Under the pieces are notes generated by a model. It was not told the DNA's origin. It saw only the letters and a list, made by a program, of their open reading frames with translations, and made no database searches. Of a DNA stretch of 64,000 nucleotides, positions 11,937 through 23,700 are shown one piece after another. A program made the translations under genes and the position numbers. Position 1 is the stretch's first letter. Each line of letters starts with the position of its first letter. Source of the DNA: Adineta vaga (taxonomy: Eukaryota; Animalia; Rotifera); NCBI GenBank assembly GCA_021613535.1, contig CP075494.1:62001-126000 (forward strand), written 5' to 3'.

Positions 11937-12447
11937 TTGTCTTATGCACCTCCACACAATGGCCTGTATGTAAGGAAAACTCAAAAAATTGCAAAAAAAA
12001 TCAACAATTGCGATATAAATGGGTTCACATCGCCAAAACAGTAAGGACAATTGAACTGGAGTTTTCTGCAGATATGCAATTTAGTAAGTTATAATTATGG
12101 CAAAAATTTCGTGCGTAAATCTTAGGCCGTTCGCGGGACCTGGTTTTGACAGTTCGACAGCTCCAGGCCTAGGCTATGAATACAATGAAAATTCATTATA
12201 AGTTCTAAAGGTACTATATACTGGCTCACACTATTCTCACTTTATTAACGTATGTTTAATCAAATCTCTGTGATTCATTTTCCATTCCTTATCTGCCTCT
12301 CATCTTTTAATTGAGAAAAAAAACGCGTTTTTTTTTCTTTCCTCTTTATAACTATACTGTGTATACTAGACAAAACTATTGAAATATACACGACATAAAT
12401 CACATTTATTTACCTACACGAAACTTACCTAAATCGACACGTAACTT

Positions 12448-12699
12448 ATGGACACCAAATCTTTCATTATAATACTGGCTGCTATAATTCTCATCGAAAC
12501 ATTATTTACCGTTAACAGTAGACACTTGAACAAAGATGAAAATGATCTACTTCAAGAGTCAAAATTCGAATTACGTCACCTACTCAAGAATCTTCTCGAA
12601 AAACGCGAAAATACATGCGAATGGTGCGCCAAATACGGTCGATGTGGAAACTATGAGGGGGACGAATGTCACTGGTGTCGTGCAAACAACCGATGTTGA
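12448..12699 (+). CDS. Secreted Cys-rich peptide precursor (signal, pro-region, KR, 30-aa 6-Cys peptide)
   Basis: Hydrophobic N-terminus, dibasic KR site, ENTCEWCAKYGRCGNYEGDECHWCRANNRC; AATAAA at ~12874. Confidence 0.8.
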   Translation: MDTKSFIIILAAIILIETLFTVNSRHLNKDENDLLQESKFELRHLLKNLLEKRENTCEWCAKYGRCGNYEGDECHWCRANNRC

Positions 12700-13694
12700 T
12701 AAGAAAAAGATTAAGTCTAATAAATTTTCGAATTCATTTGTATTAATCTATCTAGTTTTCATCTAACATATCTTTCCGTTATGAAAGACATTTTCAAATA
12801 CCAATTTCCCATCATATTCTTTTTTTCTAGTTAGAATTTTTTATTTTTATGTAGTTAGTTTTTTTCAATATCAATAAATACATCTATAGATATTCACACA
12901 TCAAAATATGTCCGTAACATAAAAGAAAACCATTAAAACGATTCATAATTTTCACAGATATGGAACTATGTATAGATATGAGCATTCAATGTTTGTTTGT
13001 ACTTAATTCTTGCGTTTTGTACTCACAAAAATATATTGTGAAGGACAAACTTGTTTATTTTTATCTTTATTTTCTCCGTCATTCATTTTTTTTCAATTAC
13101 AACGAAAGAGAGAGAGTGAAAGAAAAAAAACATTCATTATAATAGATATATATGTTTGATACGGCTATAGTTAATAGGTGTGCAAAACAAAATTCGCACG
13201 AAGAGATAGGATTGCTCAGTTTTTTTACTCTTAATTATTGTATTTTGTATGCAGAAAAATATTGTGAGAGGTAAAGTTATATATTTAACTCTATCTTTTT
13301 TTCTACATTACTCACTTTCTTTCGGCTGTCGTGAAAGAAAAAGGTATATATGTAAAAATAATTGTATACATTTGATGCGATCATAGAATAATGAGAAAGA
13401 AAACTCGTATTCATATGACAATAATACACTAAAAATCTATGCCAGTTTAAGTTTTGATCAGAACGAAGAGTGTGAGTGTATTGCAAAATAAGAGATGCTG
13501 ATATCTTCATCCACACTCTCAAGATGCTTTTGGAAAATAAAATCTAAAGTGATAGTGAAAGATACCTGTGAGTAAAAGTCCATCATATAATTGTTCAAAA
13601 TAGAGATTCAAATATTTGTAAATGATTTCTATTATTCTACGTCCTTTGAATTATGTCTTTATTGAAAAATTTAATTTGATAATAATAATAAAAC

Positions 13695-13865
13695 TATATC
13701 TATTGAATTCATATTCGAATAATATCAGAAGAATCATGAACTTTAGTAATTAAACATGATGATGGTACATTATCTTTTAACCATTTATAAATGACTTCGA
13801 TGTTTTGATCATTAGTGAAGGTTTTCTCATTACAACGAACATATAATGCTTGGAGATTGATCGAT
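13695..13865 (-). pseudogene. Orphan 3' fragment resembling the C-terminus of bdelloid F-box/LRR-type genes
   Basis: NLQALYVRCNE...YKWLKDNVPSSCLIT...IIRI*IQ*; family recognised from memory only. Confidence 0.4.
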
Positions 13866-14013
13866 GTAAAACAAATTAATCTATATAACGAAGATATGAA
13901 CTAATTTGCTAATTTCAACTTTTGCTTTTCAGCAATCGATCTAATGTCCAGAATAAGGACTAAATTAATATGCTTATTATTAAAATAATTAAAAAAATGC
14001 AGATATTTGCTTT

Positions 14014-14063
14014 GCCGACGCGTTTCGTGTATTTATTTAAAAATAAGAAACACTCTTCAGGGC
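14014..14063 (-). ncRNA. Type I hammerhead ribozyme (PLE pLTR type)
   Basis: Minus strand gcc-CTGAAGA-gtgt...acac-GAAA-cgcg-TC-ggc; palindromic stem III; stem I extendable via aaatgcaga/tctgcattt. Confidence 0.85.
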
Positions 14064-14705
14064 TCTGCATTTATATATATATAAAAAAATCAGAAAAATA
14101 AGCGGAAAAAATAACGAAAATAAACGTAAAACAAGAAACAAACGAAAAGTTTTAACGAAAGCTGGATTATGTAATAATATAATATAAATAAGAGGCAACG
14201 AAGGAGCTTACTTTAATATATGAAATAAGTCGACTAAGTGAAGATAATTATTATGAAATATAGATCTAATTCAAACAGCACCCAAAATCAGATCAAAGAA
14301 TTGGCATACCTAAACAAATGTAAAAGGTGAAAGTTTCCGTAACACATATACCCGCCTCTATATAAACGGACGAATGTAATACAATCATCTCAGAAAATGC
14401 CAACCAACGTCACAGCATCACAACCCATTCCAATAAATATACCATGTTATTCATAGTTCCAAATCAATACCACATAATTCCACTTAATGAATCTTTCACC
14501 CACAAAAACGTTCACCTTTCTCCTTCTGAAACTTGTACGATTTCCTCACTTGAATCCTCATTACAACAAAACAACAAAACCTTCTTCTCATTAGTAATAC
14601 TTTCAAGTGTACATCACTATGTTAACTTCATAAATTTCATAAATTATGCGGTATCGTCAAATGTAGCCTATTTTTGTGATTATCGAATAATAAATAAACT
14701 CATAT

Positions 14706-14746
14706 CATCTGAAGAGTCTTCTTAGCTGAAGATGAAACCGGTCATG
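14706..14746 (+). ncRNA. Type I hammerhead ribozyme at the 3' end of an Athena/Terminon unit
   Basis: cat-CTGAAGA-gtcttc-ttagct-gaagat-GAAA-ccgg-TC-atg, ~10 nt before (ACACCC)n. Confidence 0.85.
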
Positions 14747-14756
14747 GCGGCTGTTT

Positions 14757-14785
14757 ACACACCCACACCCACACCCACACCCACC
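14757..14785. repeat. Interstitial telomeric repeat (ACACCC)n junction
   Basis: acacacccacacccacacccacacccaccc. Confidence 0.9.
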
Positions 14786-15198
14786 CGTTATCTTCGACGT
14801 GTATCAATACCACCAGCACCTTACGTCTTTTCATATCGACAACGACAAAAACAGCGTGAGTTTTTCGAACAACGGATGGCCTCTCCACTTACTCGATTAC
14901 CATATTCAACAATAGATTTATATCAAGTAAAAATCATTGCCGTTTGTAAGTGAATAGATTTTGACTAACCATTATTCTACACATGCTCTTATGCTCATCT
15001 GATATAGTGCCAAATGATTGTTCGACATTATTACGATATGTGATTGAAACATTATTTATTGTTCATTGTGAAACCAAATTAAATATGATCTGTCCACTTG
15101 GTGGTGATCCTGAAAAACGATATGGTCCTCCATTCAATTCTATATGGTGTGAAAATTTACATAATGATAGCTCATCTTTTACTACAACAAATCAATGA
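14786..15198 (+). pseudogene. C-terminal remnant of a Terminon ORF, probably GIY-YIG-like
   Basis: Begins mid-frame at the telomere cap; spliced (~14946-15007) DLYQVKIIAVLPNDCSTLLRYVIETLFIVHCETKLN; family call from recall. Confidence 0.45.
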
Positions 15199-16048
15199 AA
15201 TTTCACAACAATACAACTAAACTAACTATAAATTTTATTTCATCGATATCATCATCGTTACTAATCATTGACTGTACATAATGATTCAATCTTCGTATTT
15301 ATAATTTTGTCGTGACATGTATATGTTTCTGTGCGTGTGTTCTTCTGTTAGATAATTGAAACTAGATTAAACGAGTTCTTAACTTATATTGTATATTATC
15401 CTATTGTAGATTTGTAATCTTTTCTGCTCATGAAAATTCAGTACAAACATCAAGAAGTAAGATTTAGAAAGTGAACATGTTCAAATGGCAAAAACACAAT
15501 TACTAGCAAAACAAATCATTGAAGATATGACAAATGCAAGAGAATCTATTGATAATGTTATCCAACTAGCAAATGATTCCATGGCATATACAGATGAAAA
15601 ACATATGTAAGTGTTACTGTTTTCATTACTTTGAAAGTCTTAAATCTGAAATCACATCTTTGTTATCCATTCCTAGACTTTTGAACATATGAAAATTTGC
15701 TTCTTCTTTGATACAATTCGGCACTTTGCAATAATGATTTGGTTTCGAATCACTGCCATTCTCTATTTATATTTCCTGATAATTTGTTTGATTTTTTCAT
15801 ATCTTTAGATTCTGTTTATTACTATATTACGAAGTTTCTTTATATATCGGTAAACACAAAGTTATTTTGCAATGTATTTTATCTAAACTTATGATTTTTT
15901 CGTTTTCTTTTGCATCTATATCTACTGTAATAGTCATATTATAGACATCAACGCTGCTTGTGAATATCTAGTGTTATAATATGACATGTTTTGTAGTTGG
16001 ATGAATAAGTTGTACATTAAAACTGTTACTTTTATGCTATATTCCTAA

Positions 16049-16663
16049 ATGTTTCCCTTTCATTCTCTTCTAGATCTGTTGCATTTTCTTATTTTATCGT
16101 TCAGTCGAATCCATAAAGACATGTCTACCAATATATTGTTTTCATTGCGATCCCTTCCACGAACAAGACCCTACAAACGACGGTTTCGCACTATAAAATC
16201 GCAAACTTCAAATCCTAGTATTTCTCCTGATTCTGTACTCAAAGACTACATACAGTTTATTAATAGACTATCCGTCTTATCATCCACATCGACAAGCATT
16301 ACAACTAATAATTACATTACGACCTATACCACTTTTACTTCTAGCAGCATATTTCTCTCTTTAACAACCGATTTTATTACCGAAAAATCAACTAGTTTAT
16401 ATGATGTACAAAATGTCACGATGACTTACCATACAACTGGCCATTCAATTACAAAAATACTACATTCGATTCTTTTTTCTATTCTACAACAAGAAGGAAA
16501 TATATGGAAATATGCGCTCTGTTTTACACTCTTCTGCTTTGTATGTATTATACTTCAAACAATTACCCGTCATGTATGTGCATGTTATCGAACTTACTTT
16601 CCGATTAGAAAACATCATCCTCCCTTACAAGGTAGATATAAGTCCAATGGTTTTTTCATTTAA
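16049..16663 (+). CDS. Terminon accessory Ser/Thr-rich transmembrane ORF (main exon)
   Basis: S/T-rich stalk then hydrophobic YALCFTLFCFVCIIL. Confidence 0.5.
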   Translation: MFPFHSLLDLLHFLILSFSRIHKDMSTNILFSLRSLPRTRPYKRRFRTIKSQTSNPSISPDSVLKDYIQFINRLSVLSSTSTSITTNNYITTYTTFTSSSIFLSLTTDFITEKSTSLYDVQNVTMTYHTTGHSITKILHSILFSILQQEGNIWKYALCFTLFCFVCIILQTITRHVCACYRTYFPIRKHHPPLQGRYKSNGFFI

Positions 16664-17965
16664 ATTTATTCTTTACAATCTTGTTTTCTAGAGCATTCTT
16701 CAACTTCAGAACATTTCACAACACTAAATAATACTAGAATCCAAAATAACAATAACAATAAACTTTCATTAGCTCCCAATCAAATCTCATTAGGCGGATC
16801 AATCATAACGTTCCTTTCTGATGATATATAAGTATATTACTACAAAGGAATAAAGAAGATACGTGCCTAAGTTCTTTTCTATGACATTTCATTTTATATA
16901 AAGGTAGTAGTACAAATTGTACAGTTCTATATTACTAATGACCTGTGTCGTATTACATCTAAATATTTGATAAATAATTTGTAAAATTCAATTTAATATC
17001 ACCTTGATTTCATTGCAATATTTCTTTCATAATCTTCAGAAATCTTCAGTTTCAAATATATTGTAGACGTTACGTATATATCTTTGTGTATTTTCAATAA
17101 TGGATACATTTTCATTATTCCCATGTCAAGAGTGCAGCTGGATGTTGTCTATAAGAAGCCTTTATAGAGAAAAGTTAACTAATAATTAGGCTTTACAAAA
17201 AAAAGTAAGCTACATTTTTCATAATACATGTATGGTTATAATTTTGAACATGATATAATCTAAAACGATTAGTTTCACAAAGAAGGTCATTGCACCGAAT
17301 AAGCACTTTATAGCAAGTAAGTATATTGAATAATAGTGTTAATGAACTACAAACTAAAATGTTTATATATGAATCACCAAGATAACAATATGACGTTAAG
17401 CACCACGGTTAGTATTGATAGACAAGAACATCTTAAAAGAATTTCTTTGATACATTTCATGTTACTTATTTTTCTTATATTAGATAAAAGTCACAAAACA
17501 ATCTTGTATATTATACAATCACCCTCTAGATGGGAATCAATATTTATCACGAAACATACTGCTAACGTCGACATAAAATATTAGATTTCGTATTATGAAT
17601 TCAATTCATATTTACTCTTCGTTTATATATAATCGTTAAAAACCCTTGTACTAGGGAAACTCTTCAATATTAGCTGCATACACTATCAATGAATGAAAAC
17701 GATTTTACATACAACTTATTTTCCTGCATGTCTTTAACAACCAGTCCTCAATAAACATTTAATAGCTGAAATTTTTTGTAATAAACATAATCACACTTCT
17801 TGGAAGATGATTTAGAAAAGTATTTCATAATAATTGATGTTGATTGTACGTTATATAATTCCATTTCGTGCATTATTTGTATTGTTAAGTTCGAATAATT
17901 TCTAATTAAATTTTTCTATTTCAGATATCACACACGTACTTACATTTTTACTGGCTTTATACATT

Positions 17966-18451
17966 ATGGTTCAATTTCCAACATCAATATGTGATGAACT
18001 TAATTCAATACTTCACCACAGAACATCCTTATTAACTGAATTTACTGATAATGCAGAAAAGCAAAAAAAAATAAGTTGGATGTTTGATATGATGCATACA
18101 GTTCTAACCATGATAAAAATCAAACATATCGATTGTACAATGGAAATATCCGATCGTTTTTCAAAGCAATTCTCCACTTATGATACTTTTGCTTCCACTA
18201 ATTCATGGCAAGCAGCAGTCAAAAATAAATCAGATTTTCAATCAAGCGTGATCGATCAAATCTTTGACTTGAATAACCATTATTGGCCAACCAATAAATC
18301 ATCATTCTACTTTATTCTCATCACAATGTTCTTGATATTAATATCTATTACTGTTATTGTAGTAATCGTTGTGCAAAAGAGAAAAGAACAAAATAAATCT
18401 GCATTTACATCAAACTGTAAGTTTTTCTGTACAAATTTCAACATCAGATAA
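17966..18451 (+). CDS. Terminon accessory single-pass membrane protein (main exon)
   Basis: C-terminal TM helix; aligns by eye with 30386-30889 (FPxSxC...W....H.VL.M.K.K..DC). Confidence 0.65.
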   Translation: MVQFPTSICDELNSILHHRTSLLTEFTDNAEKQKKISWMFDMMHTVLTMIKIKHIDCTMEISDRFSKQFSTYDTFASTNSWQAAVKNKSDFQSSVIDQIFDLNNHYWPTNKSSFYFILITMFLILISITVIVVIVVQKRKEQNKSAFTSNCKFFCTNFNIR

Positions 18452-18785
18452 AAATTCCATATTCTTATAATAAAATATATTTTTTGCTTAGGTGCTATTG
18501 TAAGCAACGAAGATTTAGAGATGAATGATATCGATTCTAATTATTATACCACTGTACGAGACGCAAAGGTTAGTAATGATATATTGAACGATGATATACA
18601 AATTTGATCTATGTATACATTAATATTTCTAGCGAACAAACAGAAATAATCAACTGTACAAGGTGAAAAAAGATACTGATGATCACAATATACCATGAAA
18701 GATCCGATTTTATTTGAAACTGAAAAAGAAAACATTATCATGTCTGTAGTTAAATTCTTGATATATAACTTTAACTGATATATAT

Positions 18786-18844
18786 ACACACCCACACCCA
18801 CCCACACCCACCCTCACCCTCACCCACACCCACACCCCACACCC
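18786..18844. repeat. Interstitial telomeric repeats, mixed CCCACA/CCCTCA
   Basis: About 10 units. Confidence 0.9.
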
Positions 18845-20707
18845 TTATAACAAGTTTTTATAAAGATTTCAATTTATTCAAAAACATCTATCCAAAATCT
18901 CAATTTTTCTTTTTTTAAATATTTCATTTCTATTTTCTTCGGAAAATTGTTTGGCTTTATTTTAAAACAAAATAAAGTACTTTAAGAAAAACAAAGATTT
19001 ATTTATATTGGAAATAAAATCATTTGTTTGCTTTTGTTTCTATAGAGTTTAATGGTTATTATACTTTTTTGATATGATTTTTCTGGATAATCAGAATATT
19101 TTCTAATATGAATCAGTTAAGATGAACAGTATTTAGTAAGCGATTTTGTTTCAAAGTCTGTCATAGTACTTTTAATTTATCTATTGCGATTTCTGAGAAA
19201 ACCTACGAATTTTTCAATGCACCGCTCAACAGTTGTTTCCTGTAAATTTAGAATAAAAGTGAGGAGGCAAGGGGGCACATCATTGGCAAGCGTTTTGATC
19301 TATTCCCCTTCAGCACGATTTTGACTTGTGATCTTATATGAACGTATATCCCTCCATCTGTGGCGCGTGAATGTATGTCCAACTTTTCGCCTTGAAATCT
19401 TCTACACCTTCTTTCAGGTAGTGTTTCACAGAGTATTTGAAAATAAAGAAAAGCAAAACAAACGATAAAATATTTTCAATTCTTTTATTTGATTTTAAAT
19501 CAAATTAAAAAAAAAATTTTTATATTAAAAGACAAATGACAAATAAAAAGAGAAAAAGTACTTTGACGCAGATAGTGCAATAAAAAGTATTGATGGAACT
19601 CTCAAAGTACCCGCACATAATTTAGAAAGTCTCGATATTGCTTAAATACTTTGTAAAATTTTTAAGTGTTTTAAATCAGATACTTGTGCCAACTATCTAT
19701 ATTTATTCGTACTCATGTAATCGCGTAATCCTTTGAGATGTAGTTGTGGCTCCTAATTCTTATTCACACATTTGTGTTTCCTCTTCTTAGGGCCTATATT
19801 CACCTTGATTGTAGACAGATAGAAACTCATTCAAGAATTATTATGTAATATGACCCATCAAATAGAATCAATTAGTAAAGGATGTGGGTTAACAAGACAC
19901 ACACAAACCCTCAAGATTTTGCACTTCTGGAATTCATTGAAAACGAAACGTTCATTCATGTACGTGATGAAAACAGGAAGAACAACACATTCCATTTGAT
20001 ATAATTAAATTATAGTAAAATATTGTCACATGACCTTCATGCATGATGACCCGTCTGCCAAAGGATCTCTGAATCATAAACGTGTTACCAGATATAGTAT
20101 AAACGGATAGAACTTCACTTTTGTGCTATTGTCCTACTCTCTCAGTTCTGCTCCGCAATAAACGATACACATCGTAGCTATTAACTAATTAGAATGCAAT
20201 AATACTATATTTTCGAATTTGATGTGCATAATCGAGTGAATTAAAAAGTAGCAGAAATACTGTCGAGATTTTTTTTCATTAAAGATCATATATTTTCAAT
20301 TTACTTCAATCAAATAACTGTCAAATGGGCTGAATAATATCCTTAAAATTCATTCATATCGAGATTTATTTCTATAGTATTCGAAAAGCAACAAACAGAT
20401 TTTGTCTTTTATGACATCATTTACTTTTACATTTTTCTCCATCCATCTGTCACTATTTATTATACATATTCTCTTTTGACTAAATATGAAGACAAATAGA
20501 ATTAAGTAAAGGAAAAAGAAATTATGTTAAAACGAGTAAATTTATCTATTTGAATCAATATTAAAAAAACATAGTGAGAAAAGCAGAAAATGAAAGTGAG
20601 ATGTCGATATAATTTATTATAGTTGTAATGAGATATGATATAAATAAGTTGAATATTCAACTCAATATATTTGAACTTATAGAAACAAAATTTGATTTAT
20701 CATTACA

Positions 20708-23700
20708 ATGGTGAATTTGAAAGTTCTAATCGATTCGTGTTATAAATACATATGTAGTTATAATCTTTTTATACCCGATGAAAATGATTATGATGATAAT
20801 GATGAATTAGAACCACAAGAATCACAAATTCTTCTTAAACATCAAAAATATACAACTCGGTTATATATTCTTTTTTTCATCAGTAAGTCAATATCTATAA
20901 ACAGATCAATATTAATATTCCTTTTCATATGATTCTAGTATCTCTTTATGTACTTTTCTCTATATCCTTGATGAAAACACAAACTCAAACAATTCCTATT
21001 ACACATATTACATTGGATATTTTTCAACAAATGTATCTTAAATATAACAAAAGTCTTTTATGTTTATGTTCAAATGATTCTATACAATATAAAACTTTTA
21101 TTTCGAATTCTATTAAAATTCATCCAGTTTGTTCGAGTATTTTTGTTAATCAATCATGGATTAAATCAATGTATTTCTCCAATGCAAGTAGATATGGAGT
21201 AACTGATTTTCGAACAACTGCTAATGCTCAAGTAAGTTAAGATTTATATATTAACGAGATACAATATTGAACTTTGAATAAATAATTTTAATTGCTTTGT
21301 AGATTCCATCATTTTTTTCTATATTGAGGACTCGAAACACTTCATCAGTGATTTTTCATAAAGTCGTGATAGAAATTCCAAATGCATTGATTATTGTTTG
21401 TGAATGAATGAAATCATGTCAACATTTCCAAAACTCATGAGTTATTTAGAATAATTTGAGAAATTCTGTTTATTTATAATAGATTTTTTCAATTAATTTT
21501 TATATTTTTCTTATTTAGTTTCAATTACTTGCTAATCTTTGTTTACTTTCACAAGATACAATTTTATACAATGAAATAAATCTTAATAATAGTGAATATG
21601 TTACTATGTATCTTCTACCTGAAATACAAGTTCATCGTGAAGTAAATTCTACTATTAAATTTTTAAATATTTATGGATCTACTCGAATAATATCAGCCTT
21701 AGATTATGTTAGTACTACTATTCTAGCAAGTCATTTGGTTTCGTCTCTTAATACAAATATTGTATTTTCTATAACCAGTAATAGAAAGAAATATATCATT
21801 CATCCAATGATAACAATGCGTTGTGAAAATATTCAGGATAATACGTTCGAAAAAAATTGTGTATCTTGTGGAAGAGAAGATCCAATTAGTGAAGTTGGTT
21901 TCTATTCAATTTCAAATGATTTAAATCATCGATCTCATGTAGAATGGAGTTTACCTAAATTCGATTCAATTTTAGTTAAAGGTTTCTTTGGAGGATGTAC
22001 ACCTTTTCAAGCATTACTTCATAGTACATTAGATTGTTTATATGATATTAAATGTATTGAATTATTAATTGAATATTTTTCAGATCTTAATCAAGTATGT
22101 ATATACTATATATTGCAGTTGCAGTAATGAATATATATTATCTCTATTAGATGAATTATAATTGGTCTAATTATATTTTATCTTCAAAATCAGAAAATAA
22201 ATCTGTAAATGATCTTCTACATAATCTTTTCATTAATGAACGATCTATACAAATAAATTATTCAAAATATTTTAATGAATGTTCACCTTCAATTTGTACA
22301 TATATTAAAATACATCAGATTAATTTATCTTATTCTATAACTCTTTTTATCAGTTTATATGGTGGTCTAATTATTATTCTTCGTTTAATTGCATCGTTTT
22401 TAATTAAAATTTTATTTAAATATCAATTACGAAATATAAATATTAATTCTTGTAACTTTGAAATAGAATGAAATATTTTCATTTAAAATATGTCTTTTTT
22501 TTTCTTCTATAGTGATTAATACAAACTATATATATCAATTTAGTCAATGGTTACGAAAATTAAACTTATTTAAAATGATCAATAAACAAACAGAAAATGA
22601 TATTAAAGAACAAAAAATTATTACACGTGTCTATTTAATTTTACTAACAGGTATAATCTTCTTTGTACTAATAATCAGAGATGGACAAAAGGCAAATATG
22701 AAACATAGACATAATTATACATACCTGATTTTTGTGCATTTCATATTGACTATCGAAATATATTGAAATATTGATAAAAAAAAGGATGACTTAATGCTCT
22801 TAATTGAAAATCATTTTGTAGAATGTAAATCTGTAGAGAATGTTATATGACAAAGAATAAAAAAAAAATTTTTTCTATTTATATAGTTTCATTTCTCATT
22901 CTTATTCTATTGACGTCACTTGATACTGAAATAGTTTTAACAACTGAATCTAATCCATCATTATTAACTTATAATAATTTACAAAGATTCTATTCTAATT
23001 CACTTCGATGTCCTTGTTCTATAACAACAATATCTCATGATAAATTCATTTCATTATCTCCAATTTTACATCAAATATGTTCAAGTTATTTTGTTCAAAA
23101 TCAATGGATTGATCTTACGCGATCATTTGTATTTTTATGGAATTATAACGATTGGCGTAGAAGAACTTATTCATATTTTAAATTATTATCTGATCTTTGT
23201 CAACTATCAACTAAAACAACTGATAATGCTGTTCAACGTTTTCTTTCTCAATCTTTTATTACATCAAATGTAATTATTGAAAATGATTTTAATCAACGAT
23301 TTAATGCAACTCTCGATCAATTTTATCAATCAACAATAACTTATTTTAATCTTCTTATTGATATAATATATCTTCTGACGCAAGTTGATCAACCGTACAC
23401 AGAATCAGGCAAACATTTGATTGACGGCGATTTTATTACAAACTTAAATATCAGTATAATACCAAATAATCAAGAAATATTACAGGTATGTCTTTTTTTT
23501 TTGTAAATATAAAAACACTTTTTATTTACACATTGTAATAAAATATTTAGTTAAAATTGATTTTAACTAAAATTAATGATTTTAATTCAACATCTATCAA
23601 TTGTCTTTGTGCTACTAATCCATATTGTAAAAGTTTAAATATTATCAATAGATCTCAAATAATCTTTGATAAAAATAATTCTTATAATGATATTTATATT

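Larger units (their letters stand above)
14786..18785 (+). mobile_element. 5'-truncated Terminon 3' segment bounded by telomeric repeats
   Basis: Co-oriented spliced ORFs between two (ACACCC)n tracts; TM ORF homologous to 30386-30889 inside the other Terminon. Confidence 0.7.

Noticed and set aside
11961-12170. Possible MITE with GGCCTG/CAGGCC ends
   Set aside because: Only a 6-bp inverted match and no TSD
18677-18705. CTGATGA...GAAA hammerhead-like core
   Set aside because: Stems I and II do not pair; more likely the coding tail of the TM gene
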